From a virus (lineage: Duplodnaviria > Heunggongvirae > Uroviricota > Caudoviricetes), in IMG/VR virus record IMGVR_UViG_3300013126_000009: 64,000 nt of DNA. The stretch is one strand, 5' to 3'. Below, piece by piece: positions 39,662-50,172 of the stretch (within the stretch, counting starts at the first letter, position 1; every line of letters begins with the position of its first letter). Position numbers and translations under genes: made by a program. The notes beneath the pieces were generated by a model. The model saw only the letters and a program-made list of their open reading frames with translations, was not told the DNA's origin and ran no database searches.

Positions 39662-40062
39662 AACTGATATTTGTAAATAAAATAGGGTTGGATTGGAATG
39701 GTAAATTAATTTGTGAATTTATCTTTTCCGAAGCCGATGAGGTTGATGGTGAGGGTTGGGATGTTTATCCAGCTAAGAATCAAGCTGAACCACCTGAAAA
39801 GGAATATATCGATATGGTTGGTAGGGTTGAAACTGATGAGATATCATTAATGTGCATACAAGAGAGTGATACCTTTGCTGTGTGGGATGCTATTGATGGT
39901 GTTGTGGCGATGGCATGGGAAGATATAACAGAATATGATGAATATCCAGATGATAGGTTAAGTTTTTTCTTTGGTGACTCTATTGAAGATGTTAAAGATA
40001 AACTTTATGCTAGAGATATAATAATTGAATGGAAATATAAAAAAGATGACGTATCAGAATAA
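39658..40062 (+). CDS. Conserved-type acidic hypothetical protein
   Basis: DAIDGVVAMAWE. Confidence 0.7.
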   Translation: MKLIFVNKIGLDWNGKLICEFIFSEADEVDGEGWDVYPAKNQAEPPEKEYIDMVGRVETDEISLMCIQESDTFAVWDAIDGVVAMAWEDITEYDEYPDDRLSFFFGDSIEDVKDKLYARDIIIEWKYKKDDVSE

Positions 40063-40765
40063 AATATTATCGGTATTGAAGGAGGCTCAAGGTGAGTCAT
40101 TAACAAATAAAATACAACAAAGTAGTGATGCTATTAAAAGTGCTTATCAAACAACGGTTCAGAGTATGAAAAACTTAACAGGTGTCGGTGATGATGAAGC
40201 TGAGGATTTGGCAACCGCTGCAATATCAAGTGCTGTGAAAACTGAAGGTGTATCGAATTCTAGTCATGTTGTTCAATATGACAGTGAACGAAGTGGTGAG
40301 GAACCTTTTATGATGAACGGTGTTAAGTGGCAGTTTGTTAACGTAATCAATAATGATGGTAAAAAAGATATCGGTGTATATAGATTTGACCATGATTTGG
40401 CTTATGATTATCAGTGGTTTATGGATGAGGTTGTACCAAAACCAAAAAACGATGAAATGGTTACAGAAGTTGGTGACGAAAAAGTACATACGGCTAAGTT
40501 TGATAGATGTGTCGCTGATGTTGAAAAACAGGGTGATGTGGACAACCCATATGCCGTTTGTCAAGCATCTTTAGGTTCGGGCGCAATTAAAAAATCACAT
40601 AGAGATAAACCTGAAGATGAATATGTCAGAACACAACGTGAACAAAAAGAACCACAAACACCAGAAGATGTTGTCGGTAAGGTTAAAAAGGAAGAACTGG
40701 AACGTATTATGGAATCAATGAAACCGAAGAAAAAGATAATAAAAGTAAAAGAATTAAAAAAGTAA
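40046..40765 (+). CDS. Hypothetical head-associated protein
   Basis: ILSVLKE leader; KFDRCVADV..NPYAVC module. Confidence 0.6.
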   Translation: MTYQNKILSVLKEAQGESLTNKIQQSSDAIKSAYQTTVQSMKNLTGVGDDEAEDLATAAISSAVKTEGVSNSSHVVQYDSERSGEEPFMMNGVKWQFVNVINNDGKKDIGVYRFDHDLAYDYQWFMDEVVPKPKNDEMVTEVGDEKVHTAKFDRCVADVEKQGDVDNPYAVCQASLGSGAIKKSHRDKPEDEYVRTQREQKEPQTPEDVVGKVKKEELERIMESMKPKKKIIKVKELKK

Positions 40766-40768
40766 GTA

Positions 40769-42007
40769 ATGTCTAAATCATACGATAAATTAATTAAAAA
40801 AGCTTTAAATGAATCAAAAGCGCACGGTATCATTACTGAAGGTTTTGGTTATCCAAAAACAATGAATGAGCGAATGCACCCTGAAATTGAAGAAGCTATT
40901 AAAGAACGAAAAACGTCAATTGGTAACCACCCAGCGTTACCATCTGGTGGTGTTAGACCATATGACCAAAAATTACTTTTGGGTCGTTTTAACGAGGTGG
41001 TAAATACCTGTAAAGAAGCTTTCGATATGAATGAAATAACTGAGGGTGATTTACCAAAATTAATGGAAAGTGCCCAACAATTACTTTTAGGTTGTATGGA
41101 AAGTGAAAAGGAGCATAGAGACGTTTTAGAATCTTTGGCTGAAAGGTTGGTTAGGGAAGATTATGACGTATCCGAAGATTTGGTCGAGTTCAATTGTAAG
41201 TTGGTTGATAACTTAACAATGGAGCGTCAACTAACTAGGGAATTTGAAAATGAGGATTTCAATCTGGATTTTGAACGTGCTGATGACATTCAAAATGCTG
41301 AGGGTGAAGTTATGAAAAGACGAATGGTTAATTCTATGATTCAAGGTGGTGCAAATAAGTGTAACCATATGTACCATATGGGTAGAAAAGACCTAATGGA
41401 TATTGACCCAACGTTACTTAATAAGTATAAGAAAATGATGGCGTTCAATGATTATATGTACTTTATGACACCTAAACCAAATACAGCAAAAGCTGCTGGT
41501 GTGGTTAATGTTGATTTCAACGAACAAGGTAAACCCGTCATTAATGCTGAAGCTTTAACCTTCCCAGTTTTAATTCATGAAATGGTAAAGGGTGTATTGG
41601 AATTAATTTCAATGAATGGTTTTACCGAAGATGAACAATTGAATGAATATGTTATAAACCATGCAGATTTCTTGGCCGCAGAACCATGGGATTTAAGAAT
41701 TGGTCCAGCCATTTGGGATAAAGTAATGGACTGCATACCACCAAAAGACCATGATATGAAACACCACGTATTTCATAAATTGGTTAAATTACCAGTGAAT
41801 GAATTTAATTCATGTATGAAAGAAATTATTGCTGAAACCAAAGAGGGTAAACGTTTAGTTAGTGAAATGTTAAACGAAGTTAAGTTTAAACAATTTGAAG
41901 CTGCTTTGGATGAGGAAATTGCAATAAAAAAAGAAGAGGCCAAACAACGTTCCATTAGTGAGTTGGATGACATCATGAACGAACTATATGACGGTCTTGG
42001 TGACTGA
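40769..42007 (+). CDS. Conserved-type hypothetical protein upstream of the terminase
   Basis: KRRMVNSMIQGG, FPVLIHEMVKG, EPWDLRIGP. Confidence 0.7.
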   Translation: MSKSYDKLIKKALNESKAHGIITEGFGYPKTMNERMHPEIEEAIKERKTSIGNHPALPSGGVRPYDQKLLLGRFNEVVNTCKEAFDMNEITEGDLPKLMESAQQLLLGCMESEKEHRDVLESLAERLVREDYDVSEDLVEFNCKLVDNLTMERQLTREFENEDFNLDFERADDIQNAEGEVMKRRMVNSMIQGGANKCNHMYHMGRKDLMDIDPTLLNKYKKMMAFNDYMYFMTPKPNTAKAAGVVNVDFNEQGKPVINAEALTFPVLIHEMVKGVLELISMNGFTEDEQLNEYVINHADFLAAEPWDLRIGPAIWDKVMDCIPPKDHDMKHHVFHKLVKLPVNEFNSCMKEIIAETKEGKRLVSEMLNEVKFKQFEAALDEEIAIKKEEAKQRSISELDDIMNELYDGLGD

Positions 42008-42067
42008 TTAATAACCTAAATTATAACATATTAAGCCTTTTGGCATATTTATATGTAAAGGCTTTGT

Positions 42068-43873
42068 ATGTTAACAGCATCTGAAATATTAAAAGAGTAT
42101 ACAAATTGTGTATTAGACCCTATATACACGATTGAAACTTATTTTAAAACTTTTGATAAGACCAATAATGGTTTCGTACCTTTTTATCTTTTTGAAAAAC
42201 AAAAAGAGATTGTTGAATCTTACGAAAAATATCGTTTTAACCTTGTAGCTAAACCAAGACAAGCTGGTGTATCAACAACAACTGCCGCATATTTGGCGGT
42301 TAAAGTTGCGTTTGCTGATAAAGATAACCCAGAAGCGATACTTATTGTCGCAAACAAACAAGACATGGCGTTTGAGTTCTTATCAAAGATAAAGGACTTC
42401 TTAAATCAAATACCAAGATGGGCATGGGGTAGCGATTATTATGGTACACCAGAAAAAGAAAGAAAATCAATTTTTATTGCCGACTCCAAGAAAGAAATTA
42501 AACTACCGAATGGTTGTAGAGTAAAAGCTGTTGCAACATCTAAAGATGCTTTACGTGGTTATACGCCAACATATCTTATTATGGATGAAGCAGCGTTCAT
42601 TGAGGATGGTAAAGAATTATTCGGTGCAGCTCTGACCGCTTTGGGAACTGGAGGTCATGCAACACTTATATCAACACCAAATGGACAAGACCCGTTATAT
42701 TATGAAACCTATGATATGGCGATAAAGAAAAAGAATAATTTCAATATAATTGAAATGCGTTGGTATCAAGATAATCGATATAATAAAGACCTTAAATGGT
42801 ATAAATATAAAGATAAAGAAAAGACACAAAAAGAGGAAATAAAAGAGGTTGAATTTACCTTTGAATCATATGAGCGTTTTATAAAAGACGGTTATAAACC
42901 GACATCCTCTTGGTATGAGGAGATGTGTAGGGGCATGAACAATGACGCTAGAATGATTGCACAGGAATTGGATGTGTCGTTCTTAGGTTCTGGTGGTAAC
43001 GTTGTTGCTGATGAGTATATACAACACCATAAATTAAATAATGTACAACAACCAAAATACGTTAGTGGTGAAGATAATGAATTATGGATATGGGAAGACC
43101 CAATTGATGGTCATGAGTATATATTAGCTTCTGATGTTTCTCGTGGTGATGGTGAAGACTCATCAACGTTTGTTATTGTTGATTTTACAACAATGACGCA
43201 AGTTGTTGAGTTTCAAGGTAAAGTACCGCCAGACAAATTAGCCGATATCTTATATGAATATGGTATGTTATATGATGCGTTATTGGTTGTTGATATAACT
43301 GGTGGTATGGGTGTTGCAACAGTATTAAAATTACAAGAAATGAAATACCCAAACCTTTATTATGACGATAAAGGTAAAGCATTGAAACAAAGAAAGGATG
43401 TGGGTAAATACGATACTAAAAAAGAAACTGCTGGATTTCAAGTTGGTAGTGATAGGACTCGTTTAGTTGCTCATTTTGAAAAAATGGTTAGAATCAATAG
43501 GGATGAGGGGTTAGACCATGGAATCAAAATACGTTCTGAACGGTTAATATCCGAATTAAATACGTTTGTATATATTAATGGTAGAGCTGACCATTCTAAA
43601 GGTAAACATGACGATATTATTATGGCAATGGCGATGGCTTTATTTGTTTTAGAATACTCATTCAAACAACTAAAACAATTGAAAAGTAAGGCAAAAAGTA
43701 TGCTAGCCAGTTGGGTGGTTAATTCTGGAAATAAAGCTGTTAATGTTCAACGTGAACTTACAGTACCAAGTGGTAAACCAGCACCGAAAAAACCTAACTT
43801 CAACCCAAACGTATCTAAAAACATGCAAGACCCACAAGGTCAATATATGTGGCTTTTCTCTGGTTATCGATAA
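42068..43873 (+). CDS. terL: Terminase large subunit (T4 gp17-like)
   Basis: KPRQAGVST Walker A, LIMDEAAF, ISTPNG, DVSRG nuclease, HDDIIMA. Confidence 0.93.
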   Translation: MLTASEILKEYTNCVLDPIYTIETYFKTFDKTNNGFVPFYLFEKQKEIVESYEKYRFNLVAKPRQAGVSTTTAAYLAVKVAFADKDNPEAILIVANKQDMAFEFLSKIKDFLNQIPRWAWGSDYYGTPEKERKSIFIADSKKEIKLPNGCRVKAVATSKDALRGYTPTYLIMDEAAFIEDGKELFGAALTALGTGGHATLISTPNGQDPLYYETYDMAIKKKNNFNIIEMRWYQDNRYNKDLKWYKYKDKEKTQKEEIKEVEFTFESYERFIKDGYKPTSSWYEEMCRGMNNDARMIAQELDVSFLGSGGNVVADEYIQHHKLNNVQQPKYVSGEDNELWIWEDPIDGHEYILASDVSRGDGEDSSTFVIVDFTTMTQVVEFQGKVPPDKLADILYEYGMLYDALLVVDITGGMGVATVLKLQEMKYPNLYYDDKGKALKQRKDVGKYDTKKETAGFQVGSDRTRLVAHFEKMVRINRDEGLDHGIKIRSERLISELNTFVYINGRADHSKGKHDDIIMAMAMALFVLEYSFKQLKQLKSKAKSMLASWVVNSGNKAVNVQRELTVPSGKPAPKKPNFNPNVSKNMQDPQGQYMWLFSGYR

Positions 43874-43904
43874 TTATATAATATAATGAATTAAAAAAAA
43901 TAAA

Positions 43905-44138
43905 ATGGCAACGCAACGAACTTTTACCAGAAAAAATTACGGAACACTTTATAAATGGAAAACAACCACTGGACCACAAGATAAAGCTAATGTTCGTGGT
44001 GGTGGCAAACCTACTGGCTGTGATGCTACCGCTGGTAGCCAAGGTCAAGATAATAATGTTGGTTATGTTGTTGATGTTCAGAATATAAATGGTCAATTGA
44101 CTCGCTTTGCGTATGTGGAATGTGACTACGTTAAATAA
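43905..44138 (+). CDS. Hypothetical protein
   Basis: Lies between terminase and portal. Confidence 0.6.
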   Translation: MATQRTFTRKNYGTLYKWKTTTGPQDKANVRGGGKPTGCDATAGSQGQDNNVGYVVDVQNINGQLTRFAYVECDYVK

Positions 44139-44182
44139 CATTCACTTTAAAGTGGTTTCAACTATAATGAATTAAAAAAAAA

Positions 44183-47100
44183 ATGGCAAATAATAAAACA
44201 ATATTTCAAACGCTTACCAATATGTTCGGACCTTATGGTGTCGAACCAGAAAGGGTCAGTAAAAAATATTCATTAGGTAATTCTGAATTATTAAGGACTA
44301 CCTCAAAAGAAGAGTATGAAACTCAGAAATTACAAGCAAGACAAAATAAGTATTTAAGTAATCAATGGGTTAAGGTTGAAAACGAGATATTTCAAAAATC
44401 AATTCAATATGAGATAACTAGAATAGGTGCATACTCCGATTTTGAAAATATGGAGTTTTACCCTGAAATTGCAGCAACTTTAGATATTCTTATGGAGGAA
44501 TCCACAACGGTTAACGATATTGGTAGGGTTTTAAATATATATTCTGAAAGTCCTAGAGTTAAGGGTATTTTGGAAGACCTTTTCTTCAATCGATTGGATG
44601 TTCATGTTTCTTTACCTATGTGGATAAGAAACATGTGTAAATATGGTGATAATTTCTTATATCTCAATACTGATGATAAGAGAGGTGTAACTGGTGTTAA
44701 ACAATTACCTAATTTTGAAATTGAGCGTAGAGAAGGTGGTATTTATGATGTTGTTAGTGCAAACTTAAATGGTGTTGAAAGGGGTAGTAATAAAGATGAT
44801 AAAGTAAAGTTTTTCTGGAGGGGTCGAGATTTAGAGTTTATGAATTGGCAAGTTGCACATTTTAGACTATTAGGTGATGACAGAAGATTACCATATGGCA
44901 CGTGTTTAAAAGGTGATACTAGAATTAATACCGAATTCGGTGTCGAGGAAATTAAGGACATTAAGGTCGGAACCAAAGTTTGGTCATTTAACACTAAAAC
45001 GCAAGAAAAAGAGTTGTCACCAATTTTAGATAAAATAATGTCTGGTACTAAAGAAGTATTTAAAATTTCAACAAGACATAATTTTATTGATGCTAGTAAA
45101 GAGCATAAAATTTTAGTTGCTACTGAATTTGGTGAATTTATCTATAAAAATGTTTGTGATTTAAAAATTGGGGATTTACTGGTATTAAATAAAAATGAGC
45201 ATACCAACAAAACGATATTAATTGATAAAAGTAACCCACTTGAAAATAAAAATGGGTGGTTTAATAACATTAATCACATACCAGATATTGTTACTGAAGA
45301 ATTTGCACAATTATTTGGTTTTTTAATTGGTGACGGTTGGTTAACGTCAAATAATTCTTGTGTTGAATTTGCTTTAGGTACTGACTCGGAAACCAATAAT
45401 TTTTATATTTCATTGTTAGAAAAGTTTTCTGGACATAAAGTTGTGGTGGGGGATAAACAAGTGACATTACGTTCTAAATTATTAAAAACTATTTTAGAAA
45501 GAATGGGGTTTTTTGGTAAATCCCATGAAAAAAGAATACCTAGTTGGGTGTTTGAAATGGGGGTTGATTTACAAAAAGCGTTTGTCGCTGGATTAATGGA
45601 CGCTGATGGTTGGGCAACTAAAGACCAATGGGTTATTGGGTTACATATTGAATTAAATAATAAACCATTAATTGAAGATTTAAAAATATTATTACAAAGA
45701 ATTGGTTACAAATCAGGCTCGATTAGAAGTCGAGTTAGGAAAGAGCCGATTATTGAGGGTAGGCAGATAAAAAATGTTAAAGAAAGCCACATAATCACAT
45801 TTTTTGATTCATATTTAACACAAATGAAAAAATATGAATTTAAAAATAGAAAAACTGATAATTTTATTTTAGAACCAATACAGAGTATTGAATCAATCGG
45901 TAATCATAATACATATGATATATATGTTGAGAACAGTAACCATAATTTTTATGCAAATAATGTTGTTGTACATAACTCAATCTTGGAAAAGGCTAGGCGT
46001 ATCTGGAAACAACTTCTTCTTTCAGAAGATGCGATGTTAGTGTATCGTGTTACTAGAGCACCAGAGAGACGTGTTTTTAAAGTTTATGTAGGTAACATTG
46101 ACGATGAAGATGTTCAACCATACGTTAATGAAATTGCTAATAGATTTAAACGTGCCAGTATAATTGACCCAAAAACAGGACAAATTGATTTGCGTTATAA
46201 CCAATTGGCAAATGACCAAGATTATTTTATTCCTGTTAGAGAAGAGGGTGCGGCAACACCTATTGATACTTTACCAGGCGCGTCAAATTTGTCAGATATC
46301 GCAGATATTGAGTACCTCCAGCGCAAATTATTTACGGCATTACGTGTACCAAAAGCCTTTTTGGGTTTTGACGAACCAAAAGGCGAGGGTAAGAATCTAG
46401 CGTTGTTAGATATTCGTTTTGCAAGAACAATAAATAGAATTCAACAAGCAGTTTTACAAGAACTTAATAAAATAGCTATTATACATTTAGTTTTATCTGG
46501 TTTAGAAGACGAAATAGATAATTTCACAATTACTATGAATAATCCGTCAACACAATCAGAGATGTTACGGATTCAAAATCTTCAAACAAAGGTTACTTTG
46601 GTTAAGGACGCTACTTCGGATATTGGTAATGGTTTCAGTGTAATGTCATTAACTAAAGCTAGAAGAAGTATTCTTGGTTGGAGTGATGAGGAATCTAAAC
46701 AGGATTTCCTTGAACAGCGTATGGAAAAAGCTGCTTCAGCTGAATTGGAAAACACGGCTAACGTAATTAAACACACTGGTATTTTTGATAAAGTTGATAA
46801 ACTTTATGGTGATATTGAAGTTGCAAAACAAGGTGGTGCAGCACCTGAAGGTGGCGATGAAGCTGGTGGTCCATCAGGTGGTGGTGGCGGTGGCTTCGGT
46901 GGTGGCGGCCTAGGTGGTGGTGACATCGACTTTGGTGCTGGTGATTTGGGCGAATTCGGTGAAGCTGAAGGTGAAACTCCTGAAGCTGGTGGTGAAACTC
47001 CTGAAGCTGGTGGTGAAATCCCTGAAGCTGGTGGTGAAACTCCTGAAGCTGGTGGTGAAACCCCTGAAGCTGGTGGTGGTGAAATTGCTGAAAACTTGGA

Positions 47101-47341
47101 TAAGATAAGTAATTTATTGACTGAGAGGGCTGAATTGTTGACCAATGACCTTAGAGCTAAGACTAAAAAATATCAAACAAATTATTATAATAGGTTGGTT
47201 GAATCTTTGGATACCAATAGTCTTGAACAAAAAATATTAAATAACAAGGTTAAGGTTTTTGATAAAGGTTTAAAACTAAATGAGGAAATTGATTCAGTTT
47301 TAAGGGAAATTGATAAACTTTCAACTGACAAAGGTGAATAA
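44183..47341 (+). CDS. Portal protein (T4 gp20-like) with intein
   Basis: YGT|SILEKARR, EDAMLVYRVTRAPERRVF, IDTLPG, ALRVPK. Confidence 0.92.
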   Translation: MANNKTIFQTLTNMFGPYGVEPERVSKKYSLGNSELLRTTSKEEYETQKLQARQNKYLSNQWVKVENEIFQKSIQYEITRIGAYSDFENMEFYPEIAATLDILMEESTTVNDIGRVLNIYSESPRVKGILEDLFFNRLDVHVSLPMWIRNMCKYGDNFLYLNTDDKRGVTGVKQLPNFEIERREGGIYDVVSANLNGVERGSNKDDKVKFFWRGRDLEFMNWQVAHFRLLGDDRRLPYGTCLKGDTRINTEFGVEEIKDIKVGTKVWSFNTKTQEKELSPILDKIMSGTKEVFKISTRHNFIDASKEHKILVATEFGEFIYKNVCDLKIGDLLVLNKNEHTNKTILIDKSNPLENKNGWFNNINHIPDIVTEEFAQLFGFLIGDGWLTSNNSCVEFALGTDSETNNFYISLLEKFSGHKVVVGDKQVTLRSKLLKTILERMGFFGKSHEKRIPSWVFEMGVDLQKAFVAGLMDADGWATKDQWVIGLHIELNNKPLIEDLKILLQRIGYKSGSIRSRVRKEPIIEGRQIKNVKESHIITFFDSYLTQMKKYEFKNRKTDNFILEPIQSIESIGNHNTYDIYVENSNHNFYANNVVVHNSILEKARRIWKQLLLSEDAMLVYRVTRAPERRVFKVYVGNIDDEDVQPYVNEIANRFKRASIIDPKTGQIDLRYNQLANDQDYFIPVREEGAATPIDTLPGASNLSDIADIEYLQRKLFTALRVPKAFLGFDEPKGEGKNLALLDIRFARTINRIQQAVLQELNKIAIIHLVLSGLEDEIDNFTITMNNPSTQSEMLRIQNLQTKVTLVKDATSDIGNGFSVMSLTKARRSILGWSDEESKQDFLEQRMEKAASAELENTANVIKHTGIFDKVDKLYGDIEVAKQGGAAPEGGDEAGGPSGGGGGGFGGGGLGGGDIDFGAGDLGEFGEAEGETPEAGGETPEAGGEIPEAGGETPEAGGETPEAGGGEIAENLDKISNLLTERAELLTNDLRAKTKKYQTNYYNRLVESLDTNSLEQKILNNKVKVFDKGLKLNEEIDSVLREIDKLSTDKGE
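44903..45976 (+). mobile_element. Intein with LAGLIDADG homing endonuclease (358 aa)
   Basis: CLKGDT start, VVHN|S end, LFGFLIGDG and FVAGLMDADG motifs. Confidence 0.92.
46970..47074 (+). repeat. 5 x 21-bp tandem repeat (GE[T/I]PEAG) in the portal C-terminus
   Basis: ggtgaaactcctgaagctggt repeated. Confidence 0.9.
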
Positions 47342-47383
47342 CTTTTACGTATTATGTTGATATTTAATTAAAAAGAGTTAATT

Positions 47384-48157
47384 ATGCAAAATTTCGGAAT
47401 AACTAAAAATCTTTTCAAAGAATTCTTAGTTGAAAAGCTATCAACAAAGAAACCATACGATAAGTCTAAATTCAAAGCGGTTATTAAAACCTTAAAAGAA
47501 AACAAGATACTTAAAACACAATTCAATGTTTATTCAAACATTGAAAACTTATATGAATCAAATGATGTTAACATATATGAATATATAAATGATAACATCT
47601 CACTTTTCAATGACTTTACTGAAAAGGATATTAAAGAAGCTAATAAGACGTTCAATAAGTTAGTTACTGAGTTTGTTGGTGATTTTAAAGTTGATTCCGA
47701 TAAATCTGATTTATATGAATCAATTGATTATCTTATAACCAATAAACCGTCAAATAGTTCAATAAATAAAAGAACAGCTAAAAAACTTTATATAAAGGAA
47801 TATGTAAAGGCCAATAAAGTTATTGAGCGGTCAGACAAGGAACCAGTACCTTTGGGTATGTTATCAAAAGTGATGGTTGATAAGTTCAATAGAAAATATG
47901 AGTCTTTAGACGAGAATGAGAAATTAATGATTAAATCATTAATGGTCAATGACCCATATGCTAAACTCAAAATATTTCAAACAACAAAAAACGAATGTGT
48001 TGACCTTGTTGATTCACTTATGGAAAATGCCGATGATGACCTTAAAGGTAAACTATCATTAACAAAAACCAAATTAACTGAAATGCAATTTGATGGTGAT
48101 GACTTCACTAATTTAATAACCAAACTGGTTTCATTAAAGAATAAATTAATGTCTTAA
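47384..48157 (+). CDS. Head-module hypothetical protein
   Basis: FNRKYESL motif; position after the portal. Confidence 0.7.
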   Translation: MQNFGITKNLFKEFLVEKLSTKKPYDKSKFKAVIKTLKENKILKTQFNVYSNIENLYESNDVNIYEYINDNISLFNDFTEKDIKEANKTFNKLVTEFVGDFKVDSDKSDLYESIDYLITNKPSNSSINKRTAKKLYIKEYVKANKVIERSDKEPVPLGMLSKVMVDKFNRKYESLDENEKLMIKSLMVNDPYAKLKIFQTTKNECVDLVDSLMENADDDLKGKLSLTKTKLTEMQFDGDDFTNLITKLVSLKNKLMS

Positions 48158-48159
48158 AT

Positions 48160-48561
48160 ATGAATTACGTTATTGACCAAAAGACTGTATCTGATATTGA
48201 CGTAAAAGTAATTAATAGTTTTGATTTGGAGTCTCAAACAAACTATAATTCATGGTCAATTATTTTTGATTGTGATAATATTTCTTGCAAACAAATCAGA
48301 ACACCAATGGAATATAACGGTTTTTTAATGAGATATTCATCTAACAGTGAAACAGGTGTACACTATAACGATTCTGAGTATGAAATACTTAATGTTAAGG
48401 ACGGTGAAATTATGAACCTTGAAACTGGTGAAACATACAGGAAGGGTGATATTTTAGTTATTGATAAAAATGAAAAACACAATATAAAAGCTATATCTGA
48501 AGCATATGTTTTTTGTGTTATGACGAAGTATCAATCAGTTGTTGATAAATTGGTCAAATGA
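48160..48561 (+). CDS. Cupin-like hypothetical protein
   Basis: HY.D.EYE...G...KGD...HNI. Confidence 0.45.
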   Translation: MNYVIDQKTVSDIDVKVINSFDLESQTNYNSWSIIFDCDNISCKQIRTPMEYNGFLMRYSSNSETGVHYNDSEYEILNVKDGEIMNLETGETYRKGDILVIDKNEKHNIKAISEAYVFCVMTKYQSVVDKLVK

Positions 48562-48608
48562 TTTGACAATACCAGGTATTTTTCTTATTATTAACGTAAA
48601 ATTTAATA

Positions 48609-49031
48609 ATGGAAAAAATCGGTAAAAAATTCAGTCTTAAAGATTTCAAAAACTATAAAGTATCATATGGTACTGTTGATAGCACCGCAAACCAATCAAT
48701 ATATATGAATATATCAACTTGGGTTGAACCAATGATTATTGATATTGACGCTAAGAAAACAATTTCAAATCTAAATAAAACAATTAAACGGTCAGTATAT
48801 AATAGTATTGATAAATCAACTTTTGATGGTAGTTATATCATAGATGTTGATATACGTGAGTCTGGATTCAGATACGGTAAACGTAGTTTTATGTCTTCGA
48901 ATATAACATTGTATACTAACACAACAGTTACCGATATTAAAGATTCAATAATCTCATTATCAAATTGTATTATAAACGATTTAAATAAAGAATTTAATAA
49001 TACACTTTCTTTCAAAAAAACCAAAAACTAA
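48609..49031 (+). CDS. Hypothetical protein
   Basis: YGTVD...GKRSFM. Confidence 0.65.
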   Translation: MEKIGKKFSLKDFKNYKVSYGTVDSTANQSIYMNISTWVEPMIIDIDAKKTISNLNKTIKRSVYNSIDKSTFDGSYIIDVDIRESGFRYGKRSFMSSNITLYTNTTVTDIKDSIISLSNCIINDLNKEFNNTLSFKKTKN

Positions 49032-49065
49032 ACTCTTTATACTTATTTGACATATTTATCAATAA

Positions 49066-49791
49066 ATGATAGGTATGTCAAATAAATATAATATTATCCA
49101 ACCTAATGTCTTAAGAGCCAATGAAACTGGATTTGGTTATCTGATTGAGCATGACGCTGGTTATATCTCACCAGAAGACAAAAGAAATTTACCATTCATC
49201 AATGAGATGAAAAAACTTGAGTCTGGTGACCGAGTTATAACTGAACCATATTATGTCTATGCCGTGTTACAAAAATATGGTGTGAAGAATCGTAATGGTC
49301 GTGTCTATCCTGAAGACATTTTAAAAAAACAAGTCACAGTATATCAAAAATTAGTTGATGAGCGAAGAGCCATAGGTGAATTGGACCATCCAGATTCCAC
49401 TGTAATTGCTGGTGATAGAGTATCACACAATATTGTTGAAATGTGGTGGGAAGGTAATGTGTTGATGGGTAAATTGGAAATTCTAATGACACCAGGTTTT
49501 ATTAACCTAGGAATTGCTTCAACTCTTGGTGACCATGTTGGTAATCTATTAAGACATAAAATTAAAATCGGTGTCTCATCAAGAGGTGTTGGTTCCGTTG
49601 AAGATGTGCATGGTGTACAATTGGTACAAAACGATTTTGAATTGGTATGTTGGGATGTTGTTACAAACCCTAGCACCCCTGGTTCATGGATTTTTCAAGA
49701 CATGAATAAGTCAAATGAATTCAAATCAGAAAAGATTAATGAGAATAAAAATAAAATAATTAAAGGTCTTGATGATTTCCTTTTGGGATAA
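49066..49791 (+). CDS. Prohead maturation protease (T4 gp21-like)
   Basis: NRNGRVYP, GELDHP, SH, GVSSRGVGS, DVVTNPS. Confidence 0.92.
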   Translation: MIGMSNKYNIIQPNVLRANETGFGYLIEHDAGYISPEDKRNLPFINEMKKLESGDRVITEPYYVYAVLQKYGVKNRNGRVYPEDILKKQVTVYQKLVDERRAIGELDHPDSTVIAGDRVSHNIVEMWWEGNVLMGKLEILMTPGFINLGIASTLGDHVGNLLRHKIKIGVSSRGVGSVEDVHGVQLVQNDFELVCWDVVTNPSTPGSWIFQDMNKSNEFKSEKINENKNKIIKGLDDFLLG

Positions 49792-49844
49792 TTATCAGAT
49801 ATTTTAATACAAAATTAAACTTTGTTAAATTATAACATATTTAT

Positions 49845-50125
49845 AAACAACAGCGTTCTTTGTTAAATTAATAATAAACATAATCAGAGCCTACCTTAAC
49901 TGGATGTGCCAACCTGATTATTATAACAATATCGTTCGGAACAAACGATTACAGACGTGGAGCAAAAATAAGTCCATTATAATTATAATGGCATAAGCAA
50001 TGAAACGTTTAAAATTCTTAATTAGATATATTTAATTAAGAAGCCCATATACAATAAAATGTATATAGGTAGTTCACAAACAAGTGAATGTTGCACATTT
50101 TTTGACTTTTCATAAAAGTGTGCAT
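49845..50125 (+). ncRNA. Candidate structured non-coding RNA
   Basis: Own ATATTTAT at 49837; about seven consecutive or nested stems; no credible ORF. Confidence 0.45.
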
Positions 50126-50172
50126 ATTTATTTATAGGTAAAAATAAAATTTTATATCCAACTATTAAAAAA

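Noticed and set aside
46804-47145. Repetitive alternative-frame ORFs (VVKLLKL / SPPASG)
   Set aside because: By-products of the 21-bp portal repeat
49881-49920. SAM-I or hammerhead resemblance (ATCAGAG...GTGCCAA, CTGATTA)
   Set aside because: Too short for the SAM-I P2/P3 core and lacks CUGANGA/GAAA; left unassigned
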